64,000 nucleotides of DNA from the NCBI GenBank assembly GCA_034406555.1, contig DASCRM010000077.1:10911-74910 (forward strand), written 5' to 3'. The position numbers and the translations under genes were made by a program. Within the stretch, counting starts at the first letter, position 1; every line of letters begins with the position of its first letter. The notes beneath the pieces were generated by a model, which saw nothing but the letters and a program-made list of their open reading frames with translations, made no database searches and had not been told where the DNA came from. Source of the stretch: Dehalococcoidia bacterium. GTDB taxonomy: Bacteria; Chloroflexota; Dehalococcoidia; UBA2979. Of this stretch, positions 29,325-41,945 are shown piece by piece.

Positions 29325-30173
29325 ATGATTTCTGACGTGACTGCACTAATCGACGGCCGCTATCCATCGCTCGACGAAATGGCCGCCAAGATCACCGACC
29401 TGCGGCCGATGCCGGCCGTGGGTGCGCGCGTGCTTGAGCTGACGGATGGTGACAGCTTCTCCGCGCACGACCTCTCGCAGGCACTCAGCTCGGATCAGGC
29501 ACTGACGGCGAAGCTGCTGCGTCTGGCCAACTCCGCCTAGTACAACTACCCATGTCGCATCTCCACCGTCCGCGACGCCGTGGTCCTGCTGGGCTTCCGC
29601 GCGGTGCGCTCGGCGACGCTCGCCTCATGCGTGATCGGCACGATGGAGGGCACCCACGAGCTCGACCCGGACGAGTTCTGGCGCTTCTCGATCATCGTCG
29701 GCGCGTTCGCGGAGATCCTGGCGCGCGAGCAGAACAGCTACCCACCCGACGAGGCGTTTGCCGGCGGCCTGCTGCACACGGTCGGGGTGCGCGCGCTCGA
29801 CCAGTATCGCCCGGAGATGCTGCGCGAGACGCTGCACGATGTCCAGCTCGCCCTGCTCGGCTTCACAGACGCTCAGCTTGGTGGCGCGCTGACGCTGCAC
29901 TGGAACTTCCCGGAGTCACTGGTCGCAGCCGTCGAGGGCTATTCGCTCGACGACCCCGACCTGCCGGGCATCCCGGATCTGACGGCACACGTCGTCAGCG
30001 CACGCGCCTTCACGCTCTCGCTCGGGATCAGCGGCGGACTGGGCTCGACTGGGCCCAGTCCGCCGCCTGCCGCGTGGATGCGCCCCGGTGTCACTGCGGA
30101 GCTCGCGCGGGCCGGCGGAGTTGAGGGAGTGATCGAACGGGCGAACGCGTTCGTCGAGGCGACGGTGACCTAG
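29325..30173 (+). pseudogene. HDOD-domain signalling protein with a single in-frame TAG (29538-29540) replacing a conserved Tyr codon ('LANSA*YNYPCRISTVRDAVVLLGF')
   Basis: ORFs 29325-29540 and 29580-30173 are in the same frame. The HDOD consensus 'LANSAYYG...v.sv.dAv.lLG' spans the stop. Confidence 0.7.
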
Positions 30174-30201
30174 CGACGGTCGCCCGGCGAAGGGTGGCTC
30201 G

Positions 30202-31245
30202 CTACTCGAGCACGGCGGCGAGCGCCGCCTCGACCTCCGCAAGCGACATGATGCCTTCGAACTTCGCACTCACGCGGCCATCGCCGTCGACGATGAAGAC
30301 CCACGGCTCCGTCGTCAGGCCCCACTCTGCCATCACCGGGAGCCCTACCAATCGCCCCGCGTCGCGCGCCTCTGCGAGGTCAAACGGCTCGATGTGGATG
30401 AACGCGGCCTCACTGCCGTAGCGGTCGAGCAGCGGACGCACGATACCGTCGATCACCGGGCCGCAGAACCGTGATTGGCAGAACGCCGACGTCGCAAACG
30501 CGACGAGCATCGGCCGCCCGGCATCGAGGGCCGCTGCGACGGTCTGGTCGTGCATCTCCGGTACCGGCGGCAGTGAGCTGTCGATTTCCTCGACCGCATC
30601 GACATCCGCGAGCACCCGCTGCACGCTGCGAGGAATCGCATCGCCGATCATCGGCTCCGGCGTACGCTCCTGCACGACGAAGCGAAGGCGGGTGGCGACG
30701 CGGTCGCCATCGAGGTCGATCGTCACCTCAGCGCCCCAATCGCCGCTGCGCGTGAAGCCGACATTCGCGACGAACAGCGCGACGGTCGCGCCCGAGTGGT
30801 CGTGCAGCGTGCCATCGTCGTGTTCGTGGACGGCACCCAGCTCGAGCGCGACCCGTGTCAGGGCGCGCTCACTCACGAACGTGCCCTCGTCACCATCGAG
30901 AGTAAAGAGCCGCACGTCCGCGGTCACCTCTGAGAGCAACGCGCCCTCGCGGTCGAAGAACCCGAAGGCGATGCGGTTCGCGCCGACGCCGAGCCGCGAT
31001 GAGTTCACGAACAGCGGAATCCCGGCCGAGTCCTGCGCCGGCGCGATCGCCTGCGCCGACCAGGACGTGTCCGACGGCGGGGCGTCGCTCTCCCCTCCGC
31101 AGGCCGCTACGAGCAGGGCCAGGGTCGCGATCAGCAGGGCGAATCGTGATCGCAGGCGTGCGCCATTCACGGTGGTGTCTCCATCCTCTGATGGGAGGCA
31201 TTCTGTGGCGGGAGGCCGTGCCCTCGGTCGAGGGGTAACCAGCAT
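30202..31245 (-). CDS. Lipoprotein with a thioredoxin-like C-terminal domain carrying a C-x4-C motif ('FATSAFCQSRFCGP')
   Basis: Lipobox 'LLVAACGG'. It is a paralog of 48737-49723 ('FASPAFCTNALCGP'). Confidence 0.5.
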   Translation of the reverse strand: MLVTPRPRARPPATECLPSEDGDTTVNGARLRSRFALLIATLALLVAACGGESDAPPSDTSWSAQAIAPAQDSAGIPLFVNSSRLGVGANRIAFGFFDREGALLSEVTADVRLFTLDGDEGTFVSERALTRVALELGAVHEHDDGTLHDHSGATVALFVANVGFTRSGDWGAEVTIDLDGDRVATRLRFVVQERTPEPMIGDAIPRSVQRVLADVDAVEEIDSSLPPVPEMHDQTVAAALDAGRPMLVAFATSAFCQSRFCGPVIDGIVRPLLDRYGSEAAFIHIEPFDLAEARDAGRLVGLPVMAEWGLTTEPWVFIVDGDGRVSAKFEGIMSLAEVEAALAAVLE

Positions 31246-31271
31246 CCCCCGCTCCCCCACACCCCGCAAGC

Positions 31272-32183
31272 TCAGGCCTCGAGCCTCGCTGGAGGCGCTG
31301 GGGCGGCCGCTCCCTCGGCGGGGGCGCGGGTGACGAGGTACACGCCCGCGATGATCAGCGCGAGGCCGGGCACGGCAGCGATGGCGATGCCCTCGCTGAG
31401 CACCAGCCAGCCCCAGAACAACGCGGCGACCGGCGCCAGGTAGGTGACAAGCGCGGCGTGGGTGGCGGAGACCGTGGCTACCAGCCAGAAGTAGATGGGG
31501 ACGGCCACGCCGGAGGAGAGCAGCGCCAGTCCGAGCGTCGCGAGCTGCACCCGCGAGGAGAGATCGACCAGCGGAGGTGCGAACTCAAACGTAAACAGCA
31601 GCGGTGTCACCAGCACGAAGGCGGCGACCCCCTGGCCGGCGGACAGCACAATCGGGTCGATGCCAAGCATCCGTCGCCGCGTCCAAACCGCCCCGGCCGC
31701 GTAGCTGGCGGAGGCGAGCACGACCGCGAGCTGCCCCTGCGTGCTGCTCTTCGCGATGTCCAGCAGGTCTGGCCCGATCACCACCACGACACCTGCGAAG
31801 CCGAGCGCGATCCCGGCCGTGCGCAATCGGGTCATGGGCTCATCGACAAGCGCGATATGCGCCAACGGCACGACGAAGAGCGGCATCGCGGCGTTGAGGA
31901 TCGCGGCCAGCGAGGAGTCGATACGCTCCTCGCCCCACGGGATCAGCATGAACGGGATCGCGCTCGAGAAGGCGCCAAGCACCAGCAGGTCGCCCAGTCG
32001 TTTCACGCTGAGCGAACGCAGCCGTGGTGCGGCGACGATCAGCAGCAACAGGCTGCCCCCGCCGAGCCGCAGCCAGGCCACCGCCACGGGGCCTATCTCC
32101 TCCAGCATCACCTTGATGAACATGAACGACGCGCCCCAGATCAGGGAGAGCACGAGCAGTCCGATCAGCTGTGGCGCGCGCAA
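31272..32183 (-). CDS. DMT-family (EamA-like) transporter
   Basis: 10-TMS protein with two EamA repeats ('LLVLSLIWGASFMFIKV...'). Confidence 0.75.
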   Translation of the reverse strand: MRAPQLIGLLVLSLIWGASFMFIKVMLEEIGPVAVAWLRLGGGSLLLLIVAAPRLRSLSVKRLGDLLVLGAFSSAIPFMLIPWGEERIDSSLAAILNAAMPLFVVPLAHIALVDEPMTRLRTAGIALGFAGVVVVIGPDLLDIAKSSTQGQLAVVLASASYAAGAVWTRRRMLGIDPIVLSAGQGVAAFVLVTPLLFTFEFAPPLVDLSSRVQLATLGLALLSSGVAVPIYFWLVATVSATHAALVTYLAPVAALFWGWLVLSEGIAIAAVPGLALIIAGVYLVTRAPAEGAAAPAPPARLEA

Positions 32184-32268
32184 TTCGTGCTCTCCCGCCG
32201 GGGTCGACGCGCAAGGTGAGGATTGAGGGTAGAGCGGGGCGGCGCGAAGCGCTGTCCGCTACCCGACG

Positions 32269-32754
32269 CTACAACTCGGCTCGCATGTACGCGCTGGCCA
32301 GCGCGTCCGCGTATTCGTTCCAGAGCGAGCCGTTGTGTGCGCGAATCCACAGGATCCGTGCCTGCGGGCGTTCAAGCGCCAGTGCGTAGGCCCGCTGCAC
32401 GAGTTCCAGGTTCGCGACGGGGCCCGCCTTGCGCTGCCAGCCGCGCGCCGCCCAGCCCTTCGCCCACTTCGTGATCGTGTTCACGACGAGCTGGCTGTCG
32501 GAGTAGATATCGACCGCCTCGTCCGCGTCGATCATCGAGAGCCCCTCGATGATCGCGACCAGCTCCATGCGGTTGTTCGTCGTGTCCGGGTCATCACCGT
32601 AGCGTTGGTCGATGATCTCGCCGTCGCGCACGTGGACGACACCCCAGCCACCGGGGCCGGGATTGCCGAGCGTCGATCCGTCGGTGAAGACACCACTCGT
32701 CGGACCGCCGCTGTAGCGGCGCAGCACCTCGGCAGCGGTCATCGTCGCGCTCAT
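32269..32754 (-). CDS. rnhA: Ribonuclease HI
   Basis: 'VFTDGSTLGNPGPGGWGVV', 'TNNRMELVAIIEGL', 'IYSDSQLVVNTITKWAKGW', 'WIRAHNGSLWNEYADALA' — the catalytic D-E-D-D residues are in place. Confidence 0.9.
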   Translation of the reverse strand: MSATMTAAEVLRRYSGGPTSGVFTDGSTLGNPGPGGWGVVHVRDGEIIDQRYGDDPDTTNNRMELVAIIEGLSMIDADEAVDIYSDSQLVVNTITKWAKGWAARGWQRKAGPVANLELVQRAYALALERPQARILWIRAHNGSLWNEYADALASAYMRAEL

Positions 32755-32846
32755 TGGTCGCTCCCGCTACCAGCACTCACGCCAGCATCTGGCGGCGGCG
32801 GCGGACTGAATTGTCGGCGGTCATCGGCGGTCGCTCCGGCTCTCGG

Positions 32847-34469
32847 TTACTCGGCGCTGACGCCGTTGTACAACATGACCGGGTCGCCGACGAAGACATC
32901 ACTCTCGAGGTTGGCGACCACGACCACCGGACGGTCGGAGATCACCAGCGCGCTCCCGACCCAGCCATCGGGCAGTCGCCACTCCTCCCACTGGCGGAAG
33001 GTCTGCTGCCCCTCGACCACGACGGAGGGCGTCACCAGGTTGCCGACGAAGTGCTTCGAGAAGTAGATCACGCGCACATGCGCGGTCGAGCCGTCGAAGG
33101 TGAGCACGCGGAACCAGGAGTTCCAGCCCTTCGCACCGCCCCACGGCCCAAAGTTCTTGTTCAGTACCGGTAGCAGGACGCTATGCGAGGCCTCTTCCAC
33201 GGTGAAGCCGCGATAGTCCGCCAGCGCCCCATCCGGCGAGATCCGCTGCACGACGACCGCGATCGGCTCCACGGCCTGAATGCGCACCGTGCCGAAGAAG
33301 ACGTCAGGCAGGCGCTCGCCATCGGGCAGACACCCACCCGCCCCGCCCAGCCGCTGATCGCACGTCAGCGAGGACGAGACGACCACGGTGTGTTCGATCT
33401 CCAGTCGGTCGCCGTCCGCGTTCACACCATCGAAGAGCAACGTCACCTCGTTCGGTGCCGCGGGTTCATCGTTCATGATGCGGAAGCGCGTACTCCAGCT
33501 GCTCTGGCCCTCGCTCGCACCGTTGTCCACCAGCGGTAGGACGACGACCCGGCTCAGCTCCAGCGCGTCCATCGCACGGTAGGTGGCGAGCCCTGGACCA
33601 TCGCGGTCGCGACTGTCGACGATCACCGCCGGCTTCTGCTCCGACGCCGCGGTCGCCTCCCCGGTGGCATAAGTGCGGATGACGGCCGAGCCATCGAAGC
33701 CCGCCGGCGCGGGCAGGTCGTGTTCGTCTCGCACCAGCGTCGCGCGCGGCTCAAGTCGCTGGCCACCGTTCGGGCAGCCCGCCGTCGGGCCGGGCGGGTC
33801 GACCGCCACCGGCGTGAGCACGCCTTCGGGATAGTAGCTCGTCTCCACGCACATCGCGGTCTCGTCACTCGCGTTCTCAATCGAGACTCGTGAGACACTG
33901 CCGGCCGTGTTCTGCACCAGCGGTGCGTAGTGCACGGCCGTCCCGGCCCCGAGCCGCAACGAGTCACCAGAGATGCGGAAGAGGCCGTCCTCGAACGCGT
34001 CGCGTGCCAGCAGCGAGGCGAATGGCTGATCGACGGTCACGTAGGCGGACCCGCGGTAGCCTGCGGGTAGGTCCTCCAGCCCCTGCTGGAAGAACGACCA
34101 GCCGTTACCCGGGGCCAGTTTTCCGCAGCCATCGAAGAGCGGACAGACGTCGGTCGTGACAGCGTTGCCATCGATGTCATAGAAGACGATCTCGATCTCG
34201 GCAGCGTGGACACCCAAGTTCTGGATGCGGATCCAAGAGTTCTCCTCGCCGAGGTCGACGGTGTCGGCCGCCACGCTCGACCCGCCTGCGGCAACCAACG
34301 CCAGCACGGCGGCGAAGAGCAGTGGGCGTGCCCATCTGCGAAGGCGCGTCCGAAGGCGCAGTCGGATTTGCGTTCGGACACGCGACCACGACGGGCGGGC
34401 GAAGTGTTCTTGTTCAGGTTGCGCGGACGCTGGCAATGCCGGGCGCCGCCGATCTACCCCACCGAACAT
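32847..34469 (-). CDS. Secreted hypothetical protein with three internal ~150-aa repeats
   Basis: Signal-peptide-like 'RPLLFAAVLALVAAGGSSVAA'. The repeated motif is 'R(I/V)(Q/M/L)N...(E/D)(I/V)x(I/L)(V/L)FYD' x3. The start is uncertain, as the ORF-table N-terminus is Arg-rich. Confidence 0.5.
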   Translation of the reverse strand: MFGGVDRRRPALPASAQPEQEHFARPSWSRVRTQIRLRLRTRLRRWARPLLFAAVLALVAAGGSSVAADTVDLGEENSWIRIQNLGVHAAEIEIVFYDIDGNAVTTDVCPLFDGCGKLAPGNGWSFFQQGLEDLPAGYRGSAYVTVDQPFASLLARDAFEDGLFRISGDSLRLGAGTAVHYAPLVQNTAGSVSRVSIENASDETAMCVETSYYPEGVLTPVAVDPPGPTAGCPNGGQRLEPRATLVRDEHDLPAPAGFDGSAVIRTYATGEATAASEQKPAVIVDSRDRDGPGLATYRAMDALELSRVVVLPLVDNGASEGQSSWSTRFRIMNDEPAAPNEVTLLFDGVNADGDRLEIEHTVVVSSSLTCDQRLGGAGGCLPDGERLPDVFFGTVRIQAVEPIAVVVQRISPDGALADYRGFTVEEASHSVLLPVLNKNFGPWGGAKGWNSWFRVLTFDGSTAHVRVIYFSKHFVGNLVTPSVVVEGQQTFRQWEEWRLPDGWVGSALVISDRPVVVVANLESDVFVGDPVMLYNGVSAE

Positions 34470-34562
34470 CGATCATACGGTATCCCGGGTGACGATCGAA
34501 TCTCCGCCATCTCGACCCGCACCAGCCTCGATGCTACGATCCCGCCCGGTTCCGGCTTCGTT

Positions 34563-34639
34563 CGGGGTGTAGCTCAGCATGGCAGAGCGCTGCGTTCGGG
34601 ACGCAGAGGTCCGCAGTTCAAATCTGCGCACCCCGACCA
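34563..34639 (+). tRNA. tRNA-Pro (anticodon CGG), with encoded CCA
   Basis: Cloverleaf 'CGGGGTGTAGCTCAGCATGGCAGAGCGCTGCGTTCGGGACGCAGAGGTCCGCAGTTCAAATCTGCGCACCCCGACCA'. The anticodon loop is tt-CGG-ga. Confidence 0.85.
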
Positions 34640-34755
34640 CCTCCTCACACCGCAATCCAGTCCAGCCTCGACTGCCCGGCATATCCACAGCCGGAGTTGG
34701 AAAGGAAACCTTTCGGGCGGGCGTGGCGTTCTCACAGTGAACGAACAGCCTCTTC

Positions 34756-35682
34756 GTGGCCGGGAACCGGCGTCCCCGCCACGACAGATCAGCTCCCTAT
34801 GAGCAGGAGCAGACGGTGGTCCAGACGGAGCAGCTGAAGCGACCGCAACGCGTCGAAGAGGCGATTGAACACGCCCTCGCCAGCCGCTGGGACGCCGCCG
34901 CCAAGGCCAACCGCGCACTACTCAAAGAAGAGCCGGAGGACGTCGAGACCGCGAACCGCCTCGGTAAGGCGCTGACGGAGCTGGAGGACTACGCGGGGGC
35001 GATCAAGGCCTACGCGCAGGCACTGAGCGCCGACCCGACGAACATGATCGCTCGCAAGAACCTCGACCGCCTACACGACCTGCGAGGCGAGTCGAAGCCG
35101 AAGCAGGGCAAGCCGAAGAAGGGCCCCGCCGCCGCGAAGCCAGCCACCGACGTCCGCACCCACTCGCTGGTTGAGGAGTCGGGGAAGTCTGCCGAGTTCG
35201 AGCTGCTGGAGCCAAACGCCGCCGCGCTCAAGCCGCTGACCGCCGGTGCCGCCGCCGCGGTGCGACCCGTCGATGACGGAGTGGAGATCACTACTCCCGG
35301 CGGCGATGTGCTCGGCACGATCGATCGCCGGGCAGCCACGCGCCTGAAGCGAATGATCGAGGACGGCAACGAGTACGTGGTCGTGATCCGGCACATCGCG
35401 AAGGGCGAGGCGACCGTCCACATCCGCGAGTCGCACACCGACCCCTCGCTTGTCGGACAGGCCTCGTTCATCGCCCCGCCGAAGAAGGCAAAGAAGCGCG
35501 GGTCCACCCGCGGCTACACCCGCTCGTCCGTGGTCGTGGCGCATGAGCCCGATGAACCCGACCCAGACGACGACGACAACGACGGTCAAGACAGCGCCAG
35601 CTCCTCCGGCTCCGGCACGCAGGCAGACGAGATGGAAGCGCGCGGCTTCACCGAAACCCGCAACGAGGACTACGAGGACTAG
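34756..35682 (+). CDS. Hypothetical protein with TPR-like N-terminal region, Lys-rich linker and acidic C-terminal tail
   Basis: 'AIKAYAQALSADPTNMIARKNLDRL'. The C-terminus reads 'DEPDPDDDDNDGQD..'. Start uncertain. Confidence 0.45.
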   Translation: MAGNRRPRHDRSAPYEQEQTVVQTEQLKRPQRVEEAIEHALASRWDAAAKANRALLKEEPEDVETANRLGKALTELEDYAGAIKAYAQALSADPTNMIARKNLDRLHDLRGESKPKQGKPKKGPAAAKPATDVRTHSLVEESGKSAEFELLEPNAAALKPLTAGAAAAVRPVDDGVEITTPGGDVLGTIDRRAATRLKRMIEDGNEYVVVIRHIAKGEATVHIRESHTDPSLVGQASFIAPPKKAKKRGSTRGYTRSSVVVAHEPDEPDPDDDDNDGQDSASSSGSGTQADEMEARGFTETRNEDYED

Positions 35683-35761
35683 CCCCCACCGCATCCGCCC
35701 CAGCGTCGAAGCCCTGAAGACCCTCCAGCTACGCGACCCCCGAAGGGGCTACCATGCGGCC

Positions 35762-36493
35762 ATGGCCCGCAGACCTCGCATCCTCGTCACCCGCGCCGAA
35801 GCGATCGCCAACGAACGCTGGGAGGACTACGGCGACGCGGTCGAGCATGCAGGCGCGGAGCCGATGACCGGGGACTTCGAGGTGTGGAAGTCCGGCGAGT
35901 CCACGCCCGCACACGACGGGCTGATGCTCACCGCCGGCTTCGACATTGACCCCGCACGCTACGGCGAATCACCCAGCGACCGAGTCCGGGAGGTCGACGC
36001 CCGCCGCGACGAGTGGGAGATCGAGCTCGTCGAGGCGGCCCGGGATGTGGGTCGTCCGATCCTCGCGATCTGCCGCGGCCACCAGGTGCTGAACGTCGCC
36101 TGCGGCGGGTCGCTGCTCCAGCACCTCGAAGAGCGCGAGCCGCACCGGGCCCGCCGGGGCGCAGACGGCGAGGCGATCGACTCCGGGTGGCACGAGATCT
36201 CGGTCACGGCGGGCACCGCGCTGGCGCGAGCGATCGACCTCGACGGCGGCGGCAGCGTGCGGGTGAACTCCCGCCACCACCAGGCCGTCACCAGCGACCG
36301 TGTCGCGGAGGGGTTGGTCGTCGCGGCGACGACGGCGGACGGGGTCGTCGAGAGTCTCGTCGATCCCTCGCAGCCGTGGACCGTCTCGGTCCAGTGGCAC
36401 CCGGAGATGGCTGAGATGGGCGATGCGTTCGACGGGCTCTGGCAGGCGTTCGTGAGCGCCTGCCAGCAGCATGCCGATAGTGTCGGAGCGTGA
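35762..36493 (+). CDS. Class I glutamine amidotransferase-like, gamma-glutamyl-GABA hydrolase (PuuD / peptidase C26) family
   Basis: 'ILAICRGHQVLNVACGGSL' (Cys nucleophile) and 'VQWHPE' (His motif). The ORF-table 5' extension overlaps the previous gene and is spurious. Confidence 0.75.
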   Translation: MARRPRILVTRAEAIANERWEDYGDAVEHAGAEPMTGDFEVWKSGESTPAHDGLMLTAGFDIDPARYGESPSDRVREVDARRDEWEIELVEAARDVGRPILAICRGHQVLNVACGGSLLQHLEEREPHRARRGADGEAIDSGWHEISVTAGTALARAIDLDGGGSVRVNSRHHQAVTSDRVAEGLVVAATTADGVVESLVDPSQPWTVSVQWHPEMAEMGDAFDGLWQAFVSACQQHADSVGA

Positions 36494-37005
36494 CGAGCGC
36501 TCCCGAGTCGGCCGCCGAGCCGGACTTCCTCTACTTCGGCTACGGCTCGAACCTCGATGTGGAGCGCCTGCACGAGAACTGCCCGTCGGCGCGACTGATG
36601 CTGACAGCGCGGCTGGCCGCCCACCGCCTCGCGTTCACACGCAACAGCGAGATTCGGTGGCACGGCGGGGTCGCCGACATCCTCGCCGAGCCGGGCAGCG
36701 AGGTCTGGGGCGCCGTGTGGGCGATCGACGGCGAGCACTCGCACGCGCTCGACCGGCAGGAAAGGCTGTTCAGAACCCCGCCGGGCTACGAGCGTTACGG
36801 CGTCACAGTCACCTCGGCAGACGGCGAGCAGATCGGCTGCCGCTCCTATCGCGTCGTCGCTCCCGACCCGCGGGGCTTCGCGCCATCGCCCGCGTACAAG
36901 GAGACGATATTGCGTGGCGCTCGGGCGCTGGCACTGCCCGATCACTACATCGCCGCGCTCGAAGCGATCGAGCACAACGGCGACGAGGACCGCAGCCCGG
37001 CGTAG
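36490..37005 (+). CDS. Gamma-glutamylcyclotransferase-like (AIG2/GGCT fold) protein
   Basis: 'LYFGYGSNLDVERL' signature, and the conserved Glu is present. It overlaps the PuuD-like stop. Confidence 0.7.
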   Translation: MTSAPESAAEPDFLYFGYGSNLDVERLHENCPSARLMLTARLAAHRLAFTRNSEIRWHGGVADILAEPGSEVWGAVWAIDGEHSHALDRQERLFRTPPGYERYGVTVTSADGEQIGCRSYRVVAPDPRGFAPSPAYKETILRGARALALPDHYIAALEAIEHNGDEDRSPA

Positions 37006-37178
37006 CGGCCGCAGGACCGAGCGGATCGCGGCGCAGGATGGTCCGCGCGGCGGCGGTCGGAACGCTCGTTCAAAGCTGCGCAGACTGGTAGAATCCGGGG
37101 TACTGAGACCCCTCCTCTCCTCAGCGGTGGCCGCGGCTACCAGACTCGTCACACCCCTCTCTCGGAAGGCGTACGCGC

Positions 37179-39659
<2,481 letters not shown>

Positions 39660-39668
39660 CGGCTCGCG

Positions 39669-40610
39669 ATGACCGTCGGGCCCGCCTCTCCTGCGCTCGT
39701 CACCGGCGCGGCCGGGTTCTTCGGCTCACACCTCGTCGCGCGGCTCGCGCGTGACGGCTGCGCGGTCTCCGGCATCGACATCGCGCCGGATCAGCGCGCG
39801 CAGCCCGACGGTGTGCGGGTCGTCGCGGCCGACGTGCGCGACTCAGATGCGCTCCGGCGCGTGATCGCGGACCTGCGACCGGCGGTCGTGTATCACCTCG
39901 CTGCGCAGGCCTCCGTCACCGTCTCAATGCGCGACCCGGCGCACGATATCGACGTAAACGTGCTGGGCTCCGTGCGCGTCGCGCAGGCCGCGATCGAGGG
40001 CGGTGTGCAGCGCCTCGTCTTCGTCTCCACCGGCGGCGCCCTCTACGGCGAGCCGGATCAGGTGCCCGTGACGGAGGCGGCCACGCCCGCCCCGCTCTCG
40101 GTGTACGGCGTCTCCAAGCTGGCGGCAGAACGCTACCTGACGGTGCTGGCGGCCGACGCGCAGATCGACCTCTCGATCGTACGGCCCGCGAACATCTACG
40201 GCCCCGGCCAGGATCCGCTGGGCGAGGCGGGGGTGGTCGCGATCTTCGCGGCGAAGATGCTGCGCGATGAACCGGTCACGATCTTCGGAGACGGCAGCCA
40301 GCAGAGGGACTACCTCTACGTTGACGACGCGGTGGACGCCACCGTGCTCGCAGCGGTCAGCGAACCAGCCGCCTGCCTGATCGGCACTGCGACGGGCACC
40401 AGCACGCTCGATGTCTATCAACTGGTGGCGCGTTTCGCTGGCTACGAGCGTGAACCGAAGTACGAGGCGGAGCGACCGGGCGACATCCAGCGCATCGCGC
40501 TCGCCTCGGAGCGAGCAAAGCGACTGTGGGGCTGGGAGGCCAGCACAAGCCTCGAAGATGGCTTCGCGGCGACAGTCGACTGGTTCCGCGCGAACCCTCG
40601 CAATGAGTAG
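39669..40610 (+). CDS. NAD-dependent epimerase/dehydratase (UDP-glucose 4-epimerase-like SDR)
   Basis: 'LVTGAAGFFGSHLV', 'YGVSKLAAE' (YxxxK catalytic motif). Confidence 0.8.
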   Translation: MTVGPASPALVTGAAGFFGSHLVARLARDGCAVSGIDIAPDQRAQPDGVRVVAADVRDSDALRRVIADLRPAVVYHLAAQASVTVSMRDPAHDIDVNVLGSVRVAQAAIEGGVQRLVFVSTGGALYGEPDQVPVTEAATPAPLSVYGVSKLAAERYLTVLAADAQIDLSIVRPANIYGPGQDPLGEAGVVAIFAAKMLRDEPVTIFGDGSQQRDYLYVDDAVDATVLAAVSEPAACLIGTATGTSTLDVYQLVARFAGYEREPKYEAERPGDIQRIALASERAKRLWGWEASTSLEDGFAATVDWFRANPRNE

Positions 40611-40724
40611 CAGCGGCGAGCCCCGGCGAAGCGCCGTTCACCCCCCAGACTGCGGCCCTATGGCAAGATTGGGGCCCATGGCACCGCAGCGAGCAGCACC
40701 CCCCGCGTCGAATGGCGCACACGA

Positions 40725-41777
40725 GTGAGCGCACTCGACGATCCCGCGATCTACGAGCGCGTAGACCGGTCCAACCTGCGAGACATGATCGAGCGAGCAC
40801 ACGAGCAGGCGCGCGACGGCTGGGATAGCGGCGTGGCGTGGGATCTGGCGGGCCTCGAACGCCCCGCCCGCGTCGTCGTCGCCGGCATGGGCGGGTCGGC
40901 GATCGGCGCGGACATGGTCGCCACCGTCGCCTCGCACAGCTCGACCGTGCCGGTGCATGTGATCCGCGGCTACGAGCTGCCAAAGACGGACGACGCCACG
41001 CTGGTCGTCGCCTGCTCGTTCTCGGGCAACACATCCGAGACGCTCTCCGCCTTCCGCAAGGCGAGTAAGCAGGGGCGCCCGTGCATCGCGATCACCGGTG
41101 GTGGCGCGCTCTCCGAGTTCGCCGAGAGTGCCGGGCACCCGCAATTCCACTACGACTGGGACGGCCCGCCGCGCACCGCCTTTGGCTACGGGCTCTTCCC
41201 GCTGCTCGCGATCCTCAAGCGGCTCGGCGTGATCGACATCGCCGACGCGGAAGTCGAGCGCGCGATCGTCGCGATCGAGGCTGGCCGGGCGGCATGGAAC
41301 AGCGGGGTCCCGACCGCATCGAACGAGGCCAAGCAGATCGCCACGGAGATTACCGGCCGCACAGTTGTCGTGATCGGCGCGGATTTCCTGGACGCCGCCG
41401 CTGGCCGCTGGGCGGGCCAGTTAAACGAGAACGCCAAGCAGTGGGCCTTCCACGGCAGTCTGCCGGAGGCCAGCCACAATCTGGTGGAGAGCATCGCCAG
41501 CCCGGCACCCGGCGTCGAACCGCCGTGCGCGCTGCTGCTCGATTCACCCCTCGCCCACCCGCGCACGCGCCTGCAACTACGAGGCACCGGTGAGTTGTTC
41601 GAGGGCGCCGAGGTGCCGCACACGCAGGTCGTCGCGGAGGGCGAGAGCGTGCTCGAGACGCTCGTGTGGGCCTCCTACCTCGCCGACTGGGTCTCGTACT
41701 ACGTGGCGATGCTGCGAGACGTCGATCCGATGACTACCCACAACATCGGCACCCTGCGCAGCATCCCCGTCGAATAG
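40725..41777 (+). CDS. Bifunctional phosphoglucose/phosphomannose isomerase (SIS domain)
   Basis: 'VVVAGMGGSAIGADMV', 'LVVACSFSGNTSETL', and the C-terminal PGI/PMI domain. Confidence 0.75.
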   Translation: MSALDDPAIYERVDRSNLRDMIERAHEQARDGWDSGVAWDLAGLERPARVVVAGMGGSAIGADMVATVASHSSTVPVHVIRGYELPKTDDATLVVACSFSGNTSETLSAFRKASKQGRPCIAITGGGALSEFAESAGHPQFHYDWDGPPRTAFGYGLFPLLAILKRLGVIDIADAEVERAIVAIEAGRAAWNSGVPTASNEAKQIATEITGRTVVVIGADFLDAAAGRWAGQLNENAKQWAFHGSLPEASHNLVESIASPAPGVEPPCALLLDSPLAHPRTRLQLRGTGELFEGAEVPHTQVVAEGESVLETLVWASYLADWVSYYVAMLRDVDPMTTHNIGTLRSIPVE

Positions 41778-41945
41778 CCGCCGGCCGCCGGCTGGGGCTG
41801 GTTTGTGCGCTTTCGGTTTTCCGCCTCTCGACTTAGCTCCGCGAAGCGACGAGCAGCGAGAGCGAAGCCGGAAGTCGAGCCCAGCACCCTCATCCCGCTC
41901 AACTCCGCCTCCGCCTCCAGCTCCACCGACGGTCGCGAAGCGACC

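Noticed and set aside
34389-34562. Possible integration site/attachment repeat at tRNA-Pro
   Set aside because: There is no integrase, no direct repeat of the tRNA 3' end, and no compositional shift downstream.
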